Source: Gemmatimonadota bacterium (GTDB lineage: Bacteria > Gemmatimonadota > Gemmatimonadetes > Longimicrobiales > Gaopeijiaceae). From it: 64,000 nt of DNA. The stretch is from assembly GCA_039589315.1 (NCBI GenBank), contig JBDHHQ010000003.1, positions 110,886-174,885 on the forward strand, written 5' to 3'. Numbering within the stretch: position 1 is the first letter of the stretch; every line of letters starts with the position of its first letter. The position numbers and the translations under genes were made by a program. Positions 38,453 through 48,409 of the stretch are shown here, piece after piece. A model generated the notes under the pieces. It searched no databases. It saw only the letters and a list, made by a program, of their open reading frames with translations, and was not told where the DNA came from.

Positions 38453-38610
38453 GCGGCCAGCTCCTGGGTTCTCGGGGAACGATTGGGTCGAAGGTGGTGT
38501 TCAGCCGGAGTGGGACGCAACGGGCCAGGCGCGGTGAGACCGCCGTCCACGGGAACCGGACGATCCTGGACCAGACCAGAATGCGGAGGGCGTTGATGGA
38601 GGATTCACGG

Positions 38611-39177
38611 GTGACTCGGGCCGGATGGGCGCTCGCGCTGGTCTCGACCGTGGGAGTGGGCGCTTGCGGTGGGGGGGTGGCGGTGAACTCGGACTACGAC
38701 CCGGGCGCGGACTTCGCCAGCTACAGCACCTACGCCTGGGCCGAGCGGACGGACCGGGGCGACGACGATCCCCGGGTCTACAACGCCATCACGATGCAGC
38801 GCGTGAAGACCGCCGTGGACCGGGCCCTCGGCGCCAAGGGCTACACCGAAGCCAGCGGCGCCGCCGACTTCTACGTCGCGTGGCATGGGGCCATCGAAGG
38901 CCAGATGAGCTACCAGACCATCAACAGCCACTACGGCTACGGCTGGGGCTGGTACGGCGGCATGGGGGTCGGCACGTCGAATACCTACGTCAACGAATGG
39001 GACGAGGGGACGCTTCTCGTCGACATCGTCGACGCCGGCACCAATCAACTGGTCTGGCGCGGCACGGCGACCGGGACGGTCGAGCCCGACCTGTCTCCGC
39101 AGGAGTCCCAGGCCCGACTCGACGACGCGGCGGCCAAGCTGTTGCAGACCTTTCCGCCCGAAGGCACCGGCGGCTGA
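38611..39177 (+). CDS. DUF4136 family lipoprotein
   Basis: GGAGGA RBS then GTG; lipobox VGAC; DYDPGADFASYSTYAW, EGTLLVDIVDA..LVWRG..FPP. Confidence 0.85.
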   Translation: MTRAGWALALVSTVGVGACGGGVAVNSDYDPGADFASYSTYAWAERTDRGDDDPRVYNAITMQRVKTAVDRALGAKGYTEASGAADFYVAWHGAIEGQMSYQTINSHYGYGWGWYGGMGVGTSNTYVNEWDEGTLLVDIVDAGTNQLVWRGTATGTVEPDLSPQESQARLDDAAAKLLQTFPPEGTGG

Positions 39178-39317
39178 CGCGCCTGGCGGCACGGCCGTAA
39201 GGGGTCGTCCGCCACCCGACCGTCCTCCTCCCCCTCCCCACCTTCGCGGGGCCCCGACGATGAAACGGGCGGCCCGCGCCCGGCCCCGGTGTCCAAGCGG
39301 CCAGGGGCCCCGAGTCG

Positions 39318-40712
39318 TCAGGGGTTCCCCATCCCTATTACGCGGCCCCCGATGAAGAGCTGGAATCCCAACAGCAGCTTGACGCGGAAGAAGGAGATGC
39401 TCCCGTCCGGGATCGGGGCGATAACGCCCCCACCCCCCGTGTCGCCGTCCGCCACGCCCTCGTGTGGGATCGTGTCCTGTCCGTAGGCCAGGGCGGTCCC
39501 GAGGGTCAGGTCGAAGGACCGGAAGTGCAGGCCGGCGCCCAGGGTCAGGTGGTACAGATCCCAGGTGGCCACGCTCACCGTCTGACGGTCGCCCGGAGGC
39601 GCCGCCGAAAAATCGGTACGGAGGCTGCCGTATCCGGTGACCGCTTCAGAGAACGCATACTCGGCGCCGGCACCGGCGTTGAACACGCTCCTGAGCTCGC
39701 CCTGCAGGGGAATGCGTAGCGTGTCGCCCTGCGTCTGACTGCGGAACGCCTGGGTCTCCACCACGTCGTAGGTCTCCACGGACCCGAACCACTCGGCCGT
39801 CACATGGACCGCACCGCCGGTCAACGAGTAGCTCACTCCGGCCGAAAGGGACCAGGGCGTCTTCCAGCTCGCACGCAGTTCCTTCTGGCTGGAAGCGGCG
39901 AGTCGCGGCTCCTGTTCAGAGCCCGACGGTGTGTGTTCGAAGGTGGTGCCGTTGGACGCCGACTCGCCGGAGCCGGAAAGCCGGAGGGCGGGCGTCGTGA
40001 CCGCGCCCCCGAGCCCCCACTTCCCGACTTCCGCCTTGATGCCCGCCTTCCACAGAAGGCGCCAGGCCGTGTACTCGAAGTCCTGACTCTGGAAGGACCC
40101 CCTGAGCTCGGGCAACTGTGAGAACGACTCGAGAACCCGATTCAGCTCCGTGCTCTGGGATCGAATGCTCAGGAAGTGGGTGATGCCCACGCCCACGTGG
40201 GGTGCGACGGGATAGGCCCACGACAGCCCGACCCAGGTCTCCGTCACGCGGTGGTCCAACACCGCCTCCTGCACACCGCCCACGCTGTCCGGGTCGGTGT
40301 CCACGACGGCGCGCGGGTCCACCAGCCTCCCCGCCAGCCGCGTACGGAGTCTGTTCCGGGTGAAGGCCGAGTACGACAGACTGCTCTTCCCGAACCAACC
40401 CAGGGGGAGATTGCCCGCGATGAAGTCCGGACTCACGTCCAGACGGCGGGAGTGGAGATCGGGCTCGGTCGCGACACCGCTCAACGTGATCCACGTGTGC
40501 TGGAATCCGTTGGCCGTGATGAGGAACGCCGGCTGATCTACGAGCCCGAGCGCCCCCGGGTTGTAGAACGCCGCGGACGGATCGTCCACGGCGCCGACGA
40601 TGAGGCCGCCGAGCAGATCGCCCCGCGCCCCGAACTGCTCCGTCCAGTGGTGGGCGTCCTGGGCGAGGAGCGGACCGGGCGGGAACGCGGCCAGGACGAT
40701 CAGAAGTGCCAT
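39318..40712 (-). CDS. Outer membrane beta-barrel protein, FadL/OmpP1-like
   Basis: Signal peptide; GA..D.SAAFYNPGAL hatch motif; amphipathic strands. Confidence 0.7.
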   Translation of the reverse strand: MALLIVLAAFPPGPLLAQDAHHWTEQFGARGDLLGGLIVGAVDDPSAAFYNPGALGLVDQPAFLITANGFQHTWITLSGVATEPDLHSRRLDVSPDFIAGNLPLGWFGKSSLSYSAFTRNRLRTRLAGRLVDPRAVVDTDPDSVGGVQEAVLDHRVTETWVGLSWAYPVAPHVGVGITHFLSIRSQSTELNRVLESFSQLPELRGSFQSQDFEYTAWRLLWKAGIKAEVGKWGLGGAVTTPALRLSGSGESASNGTTFEHTPSGSEQEPRLAASSQKELRASWKTPWSLSAGVSYSLTGGAVHVTAEWFGSVETYDVVETQAFRSQTQGDTLRIPLQGELRSVFNAGAGAEYAFSEAVTGYGSLRTDFSAAPPGDRQTVSVATWDLYHLTLGAGLHFRSFDLTLGTALAYGQDTIPHEGVADGDTGGGGVIAPIPDGSISFFRVKLLLGFQLFIGGRVIGMGNP

Positions 40713-40926
40713 TCGTCGGACGTACGGCGCAGCCGGAAGGTGATGGGCCATGGAGGCGTCGAGGACTCGTGGGAGTGCCAATCGGGGTCCGCGCTCGCCG
40801 CGCCCCCCGTTCGTCCCCGAATGTGGATCGCCTGGCCACCGGCCGCCACCGCAAGGGGGGCTGGCTCTTCCTCAGGGCTCCGGTGTACCCTGGCCTCGAT
40901 CCCCGCCCATCCATGCGGAGTACGCC

Positions 40927-41382
40927 GTGCCCCAACGCGACTACATCCTCCGAATGATCGAGCAGATGGGGCAGGTCCTCATCGCCCTCCGCAACCGGGT
41001 CCTGGGCCGTTCGGTCACCACCCAGGAGCTCGCCGAAGGGTTCTCGCAGGTCGTGGCCCACACCGGTATCGACGTCGACCTGGCCAGGTCGGCGACGCCG
41101 GAGACGCTCCAGCTCCTGGTGGCTCCGACGGGAGAGGTGGAGCCCGGACGGTGTTGGCTCGTTGCGGAGATGCTGACGGTGGACGGACTTCACGCCGAGT
41201 CCGAAGACCGCGAGGCCGATGCCGTCGCTGCCTACGAGCGAGCGATGGCGCTCTTCAGCCTGCTGGAGCCGGGCGGCGCATTCCTCGTGGGACTGCCGGA
41301 GGCGGCCGAGCGCATCGAGGACCTGACCCAGCGCCTCGCGCGGCTTCCGGACGCCCATCGAAACGGCTCCCCGCCGGCCTGA
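40927..41382 (+). CDS. Conserved hypothetical helical protein (DUF6483-like)
   Basis: GGAG RBS then GTG; N-terminal QRDYILRMIEQMGQVL. Confidence 0.65.
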   Translation: MPQRDYILRMIEQMGQVLIALRNRVLGRSVTTQELAEGFSQVVAHTGIDVDLARSATPETLQLLVAPTGEVEPGRCWLVAEMLTVDGLHAESEDREADAVAAYERAMALFSLLEPGGAFLVGLPEAAERIEDLTQRLARLPDAHRNGSPPA

Positions 41383-41391
41383 CCCACGCCC

Positions 41392-43134
41392 GTGTCGCAC
41401 CCCGAGAGCCTCCAGCACGCCTTCGAGCGCGTCGCCGCCGACTTCCCCGATCGGGGCATCGCGGTCTACGACCGTCGAGGCCGGCACCGCGAACACCGGC
41501 GCTATCCGGAGGTCGTTGCAGCGGCCCGGGCGTTCGCGGGCAAGTGGGCAGCGCTCGGCGCCTCGCCCGGTGAGCCGGTCCTGGTGAGCCTGCCGACGTC
41601 GTGGGACTGGTTCGACGCCTGGCTGGGCGCCCTCTTCCTGGGCGCCCACCCGGTCGCCATGGCGCCGGCGCCGGCGTTCGGAGCGGCCGAGGGTCACGTG
41701 CGGAGGATCGCGAGCATCCTGGAGGGGTTGGGCGCCGGTCGGGCGGTGGTATCCGACGCGGTGCGCGACGAAGCCCGCCGCCTCGGGGAAGAGCACGTCG
41801 TTCGCGCTGCGGTGACCCCGAGCGAGTTGAGGACGGTCACGCCGGCCGCAGTCGTACCCCCGGCCCCCGCCCCGGGCGACCTGGCGTTCCTGCAGCTCAC
41901 CAGCGGGTCGACCGGCCTACCGCGGGCGGTCATGATCCCCCATCGCGCCGCGCTCCACAACGCCATGGCCATCGACTACGCCATCGGCGCCCCGCAGAAC
42001 ACGCAGGCGCGAGCGTTCACGGAGTCCATCGTGTCGTGGCTGCCCCTCCATCACGACATGGGACTGGTCGGGTGCTTTCTCCTGGCCGTGAGGTACGGGT
42101 ACGCGCTGACCCTCTTCCAGCCCGCCACTTTTCTGGCACGCCCTCACCTCTGGCTCGACGAGATGAGCGGCGGCCCCGCGTGCATGACCACGGCTCCCAA
42201 CTTCGCCTACCAGCTCTGCGTGGAGCGGGTCGCCGAGCGTCGCCTCGAGGAGCTGGACCTCGCGTCGGTGCGGAACGCCATGACGGGCGCAGAGATGATC
42301 CGTCCCGAGACCGTGGGTGCCTTCCTCGACCTCTTCGGACCCCGGGGCTTCGGCACGTCGACCTTCCGCCCCTGCTATGGGCTCGCGGAAGCCACGCTGG
42401 CCGTCACCTTCGACCAGTCGGGGGGAGAGGTACGCACTCGGCCGGCCCCCGAGGACACCGATCGATCGCTGGGCCTTCGGGACGTCGTGTGCAACGGGCC
42501 GCCGGTGCTCGACACCGAGGTGCGGATCTGCGGCCCGGGCGACGTGCCGCGACCGGAGGGTGCGGTGGGCGAGGTCCAGATCCGCGGCCCCGGGGTGTTC
42601 GGGGGATACCTCCACGAACCCGAGGCCACGGCCGCGACCCTGCGAAAGGGGTGGCTCTGCACCGGGGACCTGGGCTTCCTGGACGCGGGGGAGCTCTACC
42701 TGACGGGCCGCACCAAGGACCTGCTCATCATCCGCGGCCACAACTTCATGCCCCACGAGCTGGAGTGGGTCGCCGAGGGAGTCACAGGGGGTGGCGGCGC
42801 GGTCCGGGCGGGCGCCTTTTCCGTGGCCGCAGGCCCCACGGGCGAGGAAGCCGTGCTGGTCGTCGAGGCACACGACGTCGATGCGGCCCGCCTCGGAGCC
42901 CTGGGCCGGGAGATCCGGGACTCCGTTGGCCGGAGCCTCTCACTGACGTTGGCCGACCTGGTGTTCGTGCGACGAGGGCGACTGCCCCGCACCACAAGCG
43001 GCAAGGTCAAGCGCCGGCAGCTCCGCGAGCGGTACCTGCGCGGAGAGCTCGACCGACTCGAGGTGCCTGGAGGCCAGGGCGGTGGTTCCGGCGCCCGCAC
43101 GCCGCGCAACGAGAATCACGAGGGCACGCCATGA
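41392..43134 (+). CDS. Fatty acyl-AMP ligase (FAAL)
   Basis: LAFLQLTSGSTGLPRAV, SWLPLHHDMGL, APNFAY, GAE, PCYGLAEATL, TGDLGF, GRTKDLLIIRG, PRTTSGK. Confidence 0.88.
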   Translation: MSHPESLQHAFERVAADFPDRGIAVYDRRGRHREHRRYPEVVAAARAFAGKWAALGASPGEPVLVSLPTSWDWFDAWLGALFLGAHPVAMAPAPAFGAAEGHVRRIASILEGLGAGRAVVSDAVRDEARRLGEEHVVRAAVTPSELRTVTPAAVVPPAPAPGDLAFLQLTSGSTGLPRAVMIPHRAALHNAMAIDYAIGAPQNTQARAFTESIVSWLPLHHDMGLVGCFLLAVRYGYALTLFQPATFLARPHLWLDEMSGGPACMTTAPNFAYQLCVERVAERRLEELDLASVRNAMTGAEMIRPETVGAFLDLFGPRGFGTSTFRPCYGLAEATLAVTFDQSGGEVRTRPAPEDTDRSLGLRDVVCNGPPVLDTEVRICGPGDVPRPEGAVGEVQIRGPGVFGGYLHEPEATAATLRKGWLCTGDLGFLDAGELYLTGRTKDLLIIRGHNFMPHELEWVAEGVTGGGGAVRAGAFSVAAGPTGEEAVLVVEAHDVDAARLGALGREIRDSVGRSLSLTLADLVFVRRGRLPRTTSGKVKRRQLRERYLRGELDRLEVPGGQGGGSGARTPRNENHEGTP

Positions 43135-43364
43135 CGGACGACAACAGGGTCAAGGCGCTCCACATCCTCGCCGAGATCAGCGGAGTGGACCGTGACGAGC
43201 TGGAGCCGGGCATGTCGCTGGCCGGTGACCTGGGCATCGACTCGCCCAGGGCACTCCAGCTGCTCGTGGATCTGGAAGAGGGGCTCGACATCGAGATCTC
43301 GGACGAGGACGCCGCTCGCATGGACACGGTGGGCGACGTCCTGCGCTTCCTGGAGACCCGGTGA
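43131..43364 (+). CDS. Acyl carrier protein
   Basis: ATGA overlap with the FAAL gene; acidic 77 aa; DLGIDS phosphopantetheine site; IEISDEDA..TVGD. Confidence 0.9.
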   Translation: MTDDNRVKALHILAEISGVDRDELEPGMSLAGDLGIDSPRALQLLVDLEEGLDIEISDEDAARMDTVGDVLRFLETR

Positions 43365-43437
43365 CGGGCGCGTTACCTCCTCGCCTCGGATCCCCCACGG
43401 GGATCGGTCGCGACGGTCACGCCCGTGGACGCGGGGC

Positions 43438-44187
43438 GTGAGACTCCGACCGGACACACGGGCGGGGCGCCTGGCCCTGGGCGTCGCCGGCTGGGTCCTC
43501 CGCCGGGCGATCGGCCTCCTGTCCCGGACCTGGAGCACCCGCATCGTGGACGGGGCGGTGCATCTGGAAGCGGTGCTGGCACGACCCGAGCCCGTCATCC
43601 TCACGTTCTGGCACAACCGGGCGGTCATGGCGACGCCCTTCCTCAAGGCCCGCCTCCACGACGCCGGTAGCACCGTGGCCGTGCTGGCCAGCGCTTCCCG
43701 CGACGGGGAGCTGGCGACTCGGACCCTCCGCCCGTGGGGCGTACACGTCGTGCGGGGATCTGCCACCCGGGGAGGACGCGAGGCCCTCTGGGGCACGTAC
43801 CGGGCGCTCCGGAAGCTGGGCGCGTCTCCGGTCGTGATCCCGGACGGTCCTCAGGGTCCGCCCTACGTCTACAAGGCCGGGGTCCTGCACCTGGCCCGCC
43901 TGTCGCGAGCGCCCATCCTGCCCCTGGCCTTCGCGTGCGACCGCTACTGGAGCATCGGATCCTGGGACCGGCTCATGGTCCCCCGCCCGTTCGCGCGGGT
44001 CTTCGTGGCGCTGGCGCCGCTGCAGCGTATCCCCAGGGAGCTGGACGACGATGACGTGGAGGCCGCCCGAGTCCGGCAGGAGACGCTCCTCAACGAGGCG
44101 TCCAGGACGGCGGAGACGGCTGCCGGAATACCCGCATCGCTCGCCCCGCCGCCGGGGGCAGATGAGGGACCGGATCTGGCGCCCTGA
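43438..44187 (+). CDS. DUF374 / lysophospholipid acyltransferase family protein
   Basis: FWHNR, SASRDGEL, RGS.TRGG, PDGPQGP, SWDR..VPRPF. Start is approximate. Confidence 0.85.
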   Translation: MRLRPDTRAGRLALGVAGWVLRRAIGLLSRTWSTRIVDGAVHLEAVLARPEPVILTFWHNRAVMATPFLKARLHDAGSTVAVLASASRDGELATRTLRPWGVHVVRGSATRGGREALWGTYRALRKLGASPVVIPDGPQGPPYVYKAGVLHLARLSRAPILPLAFACDRYWSIGSWDRLMVPRPFARVFVALAPLQRIPRELDDDDVEAARVRQETLLNEASRTAETAAGIPASLAPPPGADEGPDLAP

Positions 44188-44197
44188 GGGGCGGAGC

Positions 44198-44923
44198 CTA
44201 CGGCGGCGGTGGCGCGACCTCGATCCGCACGATGTGGTCCAACTCCGGGAAGTCGCGGTCCAGATGGGCGTTCCCTTCGGTCAGCATGCGCTCCTGGTCC
44301 CCGCGGCGCATGCCGCCACCGGCATCCTCGCCGAAGCCGCTGTACAGCCCGTCGACCACGTCCATGCCGGTGGTCACGCGACCGAACGGGGCGAACCCGG
44401 TGGCGTCGAGCTGCGTGTTGTCCACCAGATTGATGTAGATCTGCGTGTGGCGCGTGTCCGGCTCGGTGAAGGCATAGGCCAGCGTGCCCCGCTCGTTGCT
44501 CGCGACGACCGGGTCGTCGACCAGCGTGCGGCCCCGCCAGGCGGCGGTGACCTCAGGGTCGCCGGGGATGCCGAATTGGGCGATGAACCCCTCCACGACG
44601 CGGAAGAAGCGGGAGTCGTCGTAGAAGCCGTGGCGCGCCAGGTTGTAGAACCGGTCCGCCCCGCGGGGCGCCCAGGCCCGCACCACCTGTACCGAGAACT
44701 CCCCCTTCGTCGTCTCGAAGCGTGCCAGGAAGGTGTCCGGCGCCGCGGTTCGCCACGGCGGCGCCTCGGGATCCATGAGGACCGCGCGCAGGTCGGTGGC
44801 GGCGTCCGCCGGGGCCGCGCCTGCGGCCACCTCGCCTGTCTCCGCTTCGTCGGTCCGATCGGCCGGACCACAGGCTGCGTACGCCACCGACAAGCTGACC
44901 ACCAATAGGAGCTTGCCGCTCAT
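44198..44923 (-). CDS. Cyclophilin-type peptidyl-prolyl isomerase (lipoprotein)
   Basis: Lipobox YAAC; FETTKGEF, WAPRGADRFYNL, FFRVVEGFIAQFG, GFAPFGRV. Confidence 0.9.
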   Translation of the reverse strand: MSGKLLLVVSLSVAYAACGPADRTDEAETGEVAAGAAPADAATDLRAVLMDPEAPPWRTAAPDTFLARFETTKGEFSVQVVRAWAPRGADRFYNLARHGFYDDSRFFRVVEGFIAQFGIPGDPEVTAAWRGRTLVDDPVVASNERGTLAYAFTEPDTRHTQIYINLVDNTQLDATGFAPFGRVTTGMDVVDGLYSGFGEDAGGGMRRGDQERMLTEGNAHLDRDFPELDHIVRIEVAPPPP

Positions 44924-45903
44924 GGACGGCTGGCCCTCCCTCGCGTCTTCAGTCCCGTGAGAGCGCCGTCGACCAGGTTGTAGGCGGCCTTGCGCGACAG
45001 TCCCTCCGGATCGCGTTCGCCCCACGGTGTCGAGGCCAGGCCCAGAGCGGCCACCTTCTCGTACTCGAACATGACCGCGATGGCCCGGGCGAGCTCTTCG
45101 CTGGTCGGGCCGTCGGGGACGGTCAGGGGGTGCCCTGCCACCTCGCGAGGATCCAGCACGTCCATGTCGACGTGGACGTAGATCACGTCTGTCAGATCCG
45201 ACAGCCGCTCCATCTGGGCGCGCACCGCCGCACCGGCCCTCCGGATGTCGGCGGTCGACAGCGTCTGGGCCTCCGAGCGGTCAAGGAGATCCTGCTCGAG
45301 TGGATCCACGTCCCTGAGCCCGCCCATCACGATATGCCGGGTGGGCACGGGCGGATCCAGGCCTGACTTCCGCCGCAGGTTCTCCAGCGCAAGGCCCGCG
45401 GAGACCGCCACGGGCATCCCCCCGAGCATCCCGCTCAACGTCGTCTCCGGCGTGTTGAAGTCGCCGTGCGCATCGATGAACACGAGACCGACCTTCAGGG
45501 GCAAGTCGTCGGATCCGGACTCCTGAAGCCCACCCAACACCCCGATCACCGACGTGCAGTTGGAGAGGAGACCCACCGACACGAAGCCCTCTCGCCGGTT
45601 GTCCGCCACGAGCTCGGCCAGGTGACCGTTGGCGAGACCCATACGGTGCCATTCACCGTAGTCGTCTTCCTCGTCCGGGAGCAGGCGCACCGTCGTCGTC
45701 GGCCCCAACTCCACGCCCCGGTCCTGCAGGCTCGCCTCGAGCCCCCCCGCCTGAAGGTAGTCCGGGCCTCCGGAGAGCTCGGGCACGTTGCGCGCCCCGG
45801 AGTACGGCATCTTGACCAACGCGACGCGGGGAGCCCGCTCCTGTGCTGCAAGCGGGCCGAGGCCCAGCAGAACCAGCAGGACGCCTGTTCCCAAGGCTTT
45901 CAT
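44920..45903 (-). CDS. Arginase (ureohydrolase) family protein with signal peptide
   Basis: DAHGDFNTPETT.SG..GGM and HVDMDVLDP; signal peptide MKALGTGVLLVLLGLGPLAA. The start may extend to 45930. Confidence 0.85.
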   Translation of the reverse strand: MKALGTGVLLVLLGLGPLAAQERAPRVALVKMPYSGARNVPELSGGPDYLQAGGLEASLQDRGVELGPTTTVRLLPDEEDDYGEWHRMGLANGHLAELVADNRREGFVSVGLLSNCTSVIGVLGGLQESGSDDLPLKVGLVFIDAHGDFNTPETTLSGMLGGMPVAVSAGLALENLRRKSGLDPPVPTRHIVMGGLRDVDPLEQDLLDRSEAQTLSTADIRRAGAAVRAQMERLSDLTDVIYVHVDMDVLDPREVAGHPLTVPDGPTSEELARAIAVMFEYEKVAALGLASTPWGERDPEGLSRKAAYNLVDGALTGLKTRGRASRP

Positions 45904-45926
45904 CACGATCCTCCGTGTCTCCTGAT

Positions 45927-46805
45927 TCACATCGCGGGCCCGGGACGCCCGAGGTGAGGGTGTGTGCTATCCTGCGGCGTGCCGCCCGCCTGCGCCAACC
46001 GTCCCAGGAAACGGGTAACGCACTCGACCCACCGCTCCGGCCGCTCCAGGTGCACCGCGTGGCCCGCGTCGGGGACGGGCTCGTGGACCGCGTTCGGGAT
46101 CGCCGTGGCCAATTGCCGGCCGATGTCCGTGAACTTGCGGTCCAGAGCCCCGGTGAGCACGAGGGTCGGCGCGGTGATTCCGCTGAGGCGGTCCCAGAAG
46201 GAGGGCTGCGCGCCGGTGCCGAGACCCCGCAGACAGGCCGCCAAGGCCGTCGGGTCGTTCCCAAGCCGGCGGGAACGCTCGGTCTCGCGGGTCGCCTCGC
46301 TCAACGCCAGTTGCGTCGCGAAGATGGGTTGGGACATCCATGCGTCCACGAAGGCCGGGACCCCGCGCGCCAGGATCAGACGGGCTAGCCGGTCGTCTCG
46401 ATGGCGTCGGGCTGCTCGCTCGGCGGGGGTGGCCAACCCCGGCGACGCGCTTTCCAGCACCAACGCTTCCACTCGCTCGGGGCGCAGCACCGCCGCCGCC
46501 AGGGCGATGCGACCGCCCATGGAATAGCCCATCCAGAGCGCGCGTTCGGCCGAAGCACGGTCCAGGATCGCGGTCAGGGCGTCCAGGACCGCCGTCACTC
46601 GGTACGCTTCGGGCGCGGCGGGTCCGTCCGCGGCTCCGTGTCCGGGCAGATCCGGCACCAGCAGGCGCCGATGAGGTGCGACTCCGTGCAGGCAGGCCTC
46701 GGGCCAAGCGAGGCCCGACCCGGTGAACCCGTGGATCAGAAGGGCCGGCGGCCCGGAGCCCAGGGAGCGGACCGGCAGCTCCTCCGCCGCGGTGTCACCG
46801 CTCAA
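45927..46805 (-). CDS. menH: MenH-like alpha/beta hydrolase (SHCHC synthase)
   Basis: HGFTGS, DLPGHG, GYSMGGRIAL, LESASPG, W..QPIFATQ, GTGAQPS.W, D.KF, AGHAVHLE. The TTG start overlaps the ankyrin gene stop. Confidence 0.8.
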   Translation of the reverse strand: MSGDTAAEELPVRSLGSGPPALLIHGFTGSGLAWPEACLHGVAPHRRLLVPDLPGHGAADGPAAPEAYRVTAVLDALTAILDRASAERALWMGYSMGGRIALAAAVLRPERVEALVLESASPGLATPAERAARRHRDDRLARLILARGVPAFVDAWMSQPIFATQLALSEATRETERSRRLGNDPTALAACLRGLGTGAQPSFWDRLSGITAPTLVLTGALDRKFTDIGRQLATAIPNAVHEPVPDAGHAVHLERPERWVECVTRFLGRLAQAGGTPQDSTHPHLGRPGPAM

Positions 46806-47557
46806 CCCCGCTCTCCACCACGGCGCTCTTCGGCCGCCAGCAGCTCGGCGATCTCGGCGTGGCCGCCTTCCTCTGCCCAACTCCGAGGCGTCGCGCCGAA
46901 TCTGGGATCCCTCGCTGTCAGGGCCGCGCCCTGCTCAACCAGCCAGGTGACCATCTCCTCGTGGCCGCCCAGAGCCGCCCAATGCAGTCCCGAGGCACCG
47001 AAGAAGCCGGTGGCGTCGATCTGGGCCCCCTTCTCCGCAAGCAGGCGGGCCACCTGCAGGTGACCGTTCCGAGCCGCCGCGTAGAAGGCGTCCGACACCA
47101 CATCTCCCCTTCGGTACGCCGTGTCGGCCGGCCACTGGTCCGGAGGCGCCACGGTCAGTCGAGCCTGCGCGGAGCCGGGCACCGGCTCCGTGCCCTGAAA
47201 CGACGCCGCCACGGTCTCCAGGTCCCCGAGGCTCGCGGCCGTCCACAGGTTCAATCCAGCGGCGCCTCGGTCCAGCAACACGGTGGCTACTCGGCGGCTC
47301 CCCATTGTAGCGGCCCACTGGAACGGGGTGTGGCCCCACTCGCAGCGCGCCTCCAGGGAGGATCCTCGATCCAGCAACGTCCGAGCCGCCTCCGCCGCGT
47401 CGACCTCGGCGGCCTCGTGGAGGAGCGTCTTCTCCGAGGCTCCCCTGGCGTGCACCAGCTCCGGGTCCTCGTCGAGGAGTCCCAACAGGGCCTCCGTGTC
47501 CCCCTCCCGGAGTGCCCGTGCGGCCCGGCTCAGCCGGGTCTCTGCGCCGCGCGTCAC
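46802..47557 (-). CDS. Ankyrin repeat protein
   Basis: TLLHEAA, TPFQWAA, AARNGH, GLHWAALGGH repeats. Confidence 0.9.
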   Translation of the reverse strand: MTRGAETRLSRAARALREGDTEALLGLLDEDPELVHARGASEKTLLHEAAEVDAAEAARTLLDRGSSLEARCEWGHTPFQWAATMGSRRVATVLLDRGAAGLNLWTAASLGDLETVAASFQGTEPVPGSAQARLTVAPPDQWPADTAYRRGDVVSDAFYAAARNGHLQVARLLAEKGAQIDATGFFGASGLHWAALGGHEEMVTWLVEQGAALTARDPRFGATPRSWAEEGGHAEIAELLAAEERRGGERG

Positions 47558-48408
47558 CGTGAATCGGCCCAGGCGTCGGTGAACGCCTCGATCGACTCGA
47601 GCGCGGCGTGCAGGGCGCGGCCGTCGGCGTCGGCGGCGGGCTCGTACGCGCTCAACGTCAGTGACGTGACCGCGGCTTCGCGTGCGATGCCCGACAGAAT
47701 GGTCACGAGCTCACCCAGTCGCAGGCCGTCTGGAGCCGCGAAGTGGTTGGCCCGGCCATCCCGTGGGTCCAGGACGTCCAGATCCAGATGGACGTGCAGC
47801 GAACGGACCCGCCGCCTCATCTCCTCGAGGACGGCGGCCAACCCTTGGCTGACGATGGCGGGCTCGAGCAGTCGCACGGCAGTATTCAGAATGTGGACAG
47901 CTTCGGGCGGGTCGAGATCCCGCACGCCCAGCAGGACGAGGTCCGCGTCGGACAGCGGCGCGAAGCCGGGGACCGAAGCGGCCATCGTCTGCCAACAGCG
48001 TCCCCCCAGTACCGACAGGGCCATGCCGTCCAGGAAGCCACTCGCGGAGGTCTCCGGTGTGTTGAGGTCCCCGTGGCTGTCGAACCAGAGCAGCCCCACT
48101 GGGCGGTCCAGCCCCGAGACCACGCCCACGGACGCGAAGCAGTTTCCGGAGAGGATCAGGGGCAATCGCCCGTGGGCCCGAGCCTCGCGCACATGGTGAG
48201 ACAGCGCCCGGGCCAGCGAGAACGCGGTAGCGGTCTCGGCCTGAATGGGGCCGCCCTCCGCCTCGACAGTCACGATCGTGACCTCGTGTCCCCGCGCCTC
48301 GAGACGCCGTGCCAACCCTGCCTCCAGGATTCGTTCCGGCCCCGCGCCCATGCGAACGCCGCGTGCGCCCGAATCGTACGGAACGCTGAGGATCTGGACA
48401 CCGATCAT
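47554..48408 (-). CDS. Arginase (ureohydrolase) family protein
   Basis: PYDSG..GAGP, LSGNC, DSHGDLNTPETS.SG, HLDLDVLDP. Confidence 0.88.
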   Translation of the reverse strand: MIGVQILSVPYDSGARGVRMGAGPERILEAGLARRLEARGHEVTIVTVEAEGGPIQAETATAFSLARALSHHVREARAHGRLPLILSGNCFASVGVVSGLDRPVGLLWFDSHGDLNTPETSASGFLDGMALSVLGGRCWQTMAASVPGFAPLSDADLVLLGVRDLDPPEAVHILNTAVRLLEPAIVSQGLAAVLEEMRRRVRSLHVHLDLDVLDPRDGRANHFAAPDGLRLGELVTILSGIAREAAVTSLTLSAYEPAADADGRALHAALESIEAFTDAWADSR

Positions 48409-48409
48409 G

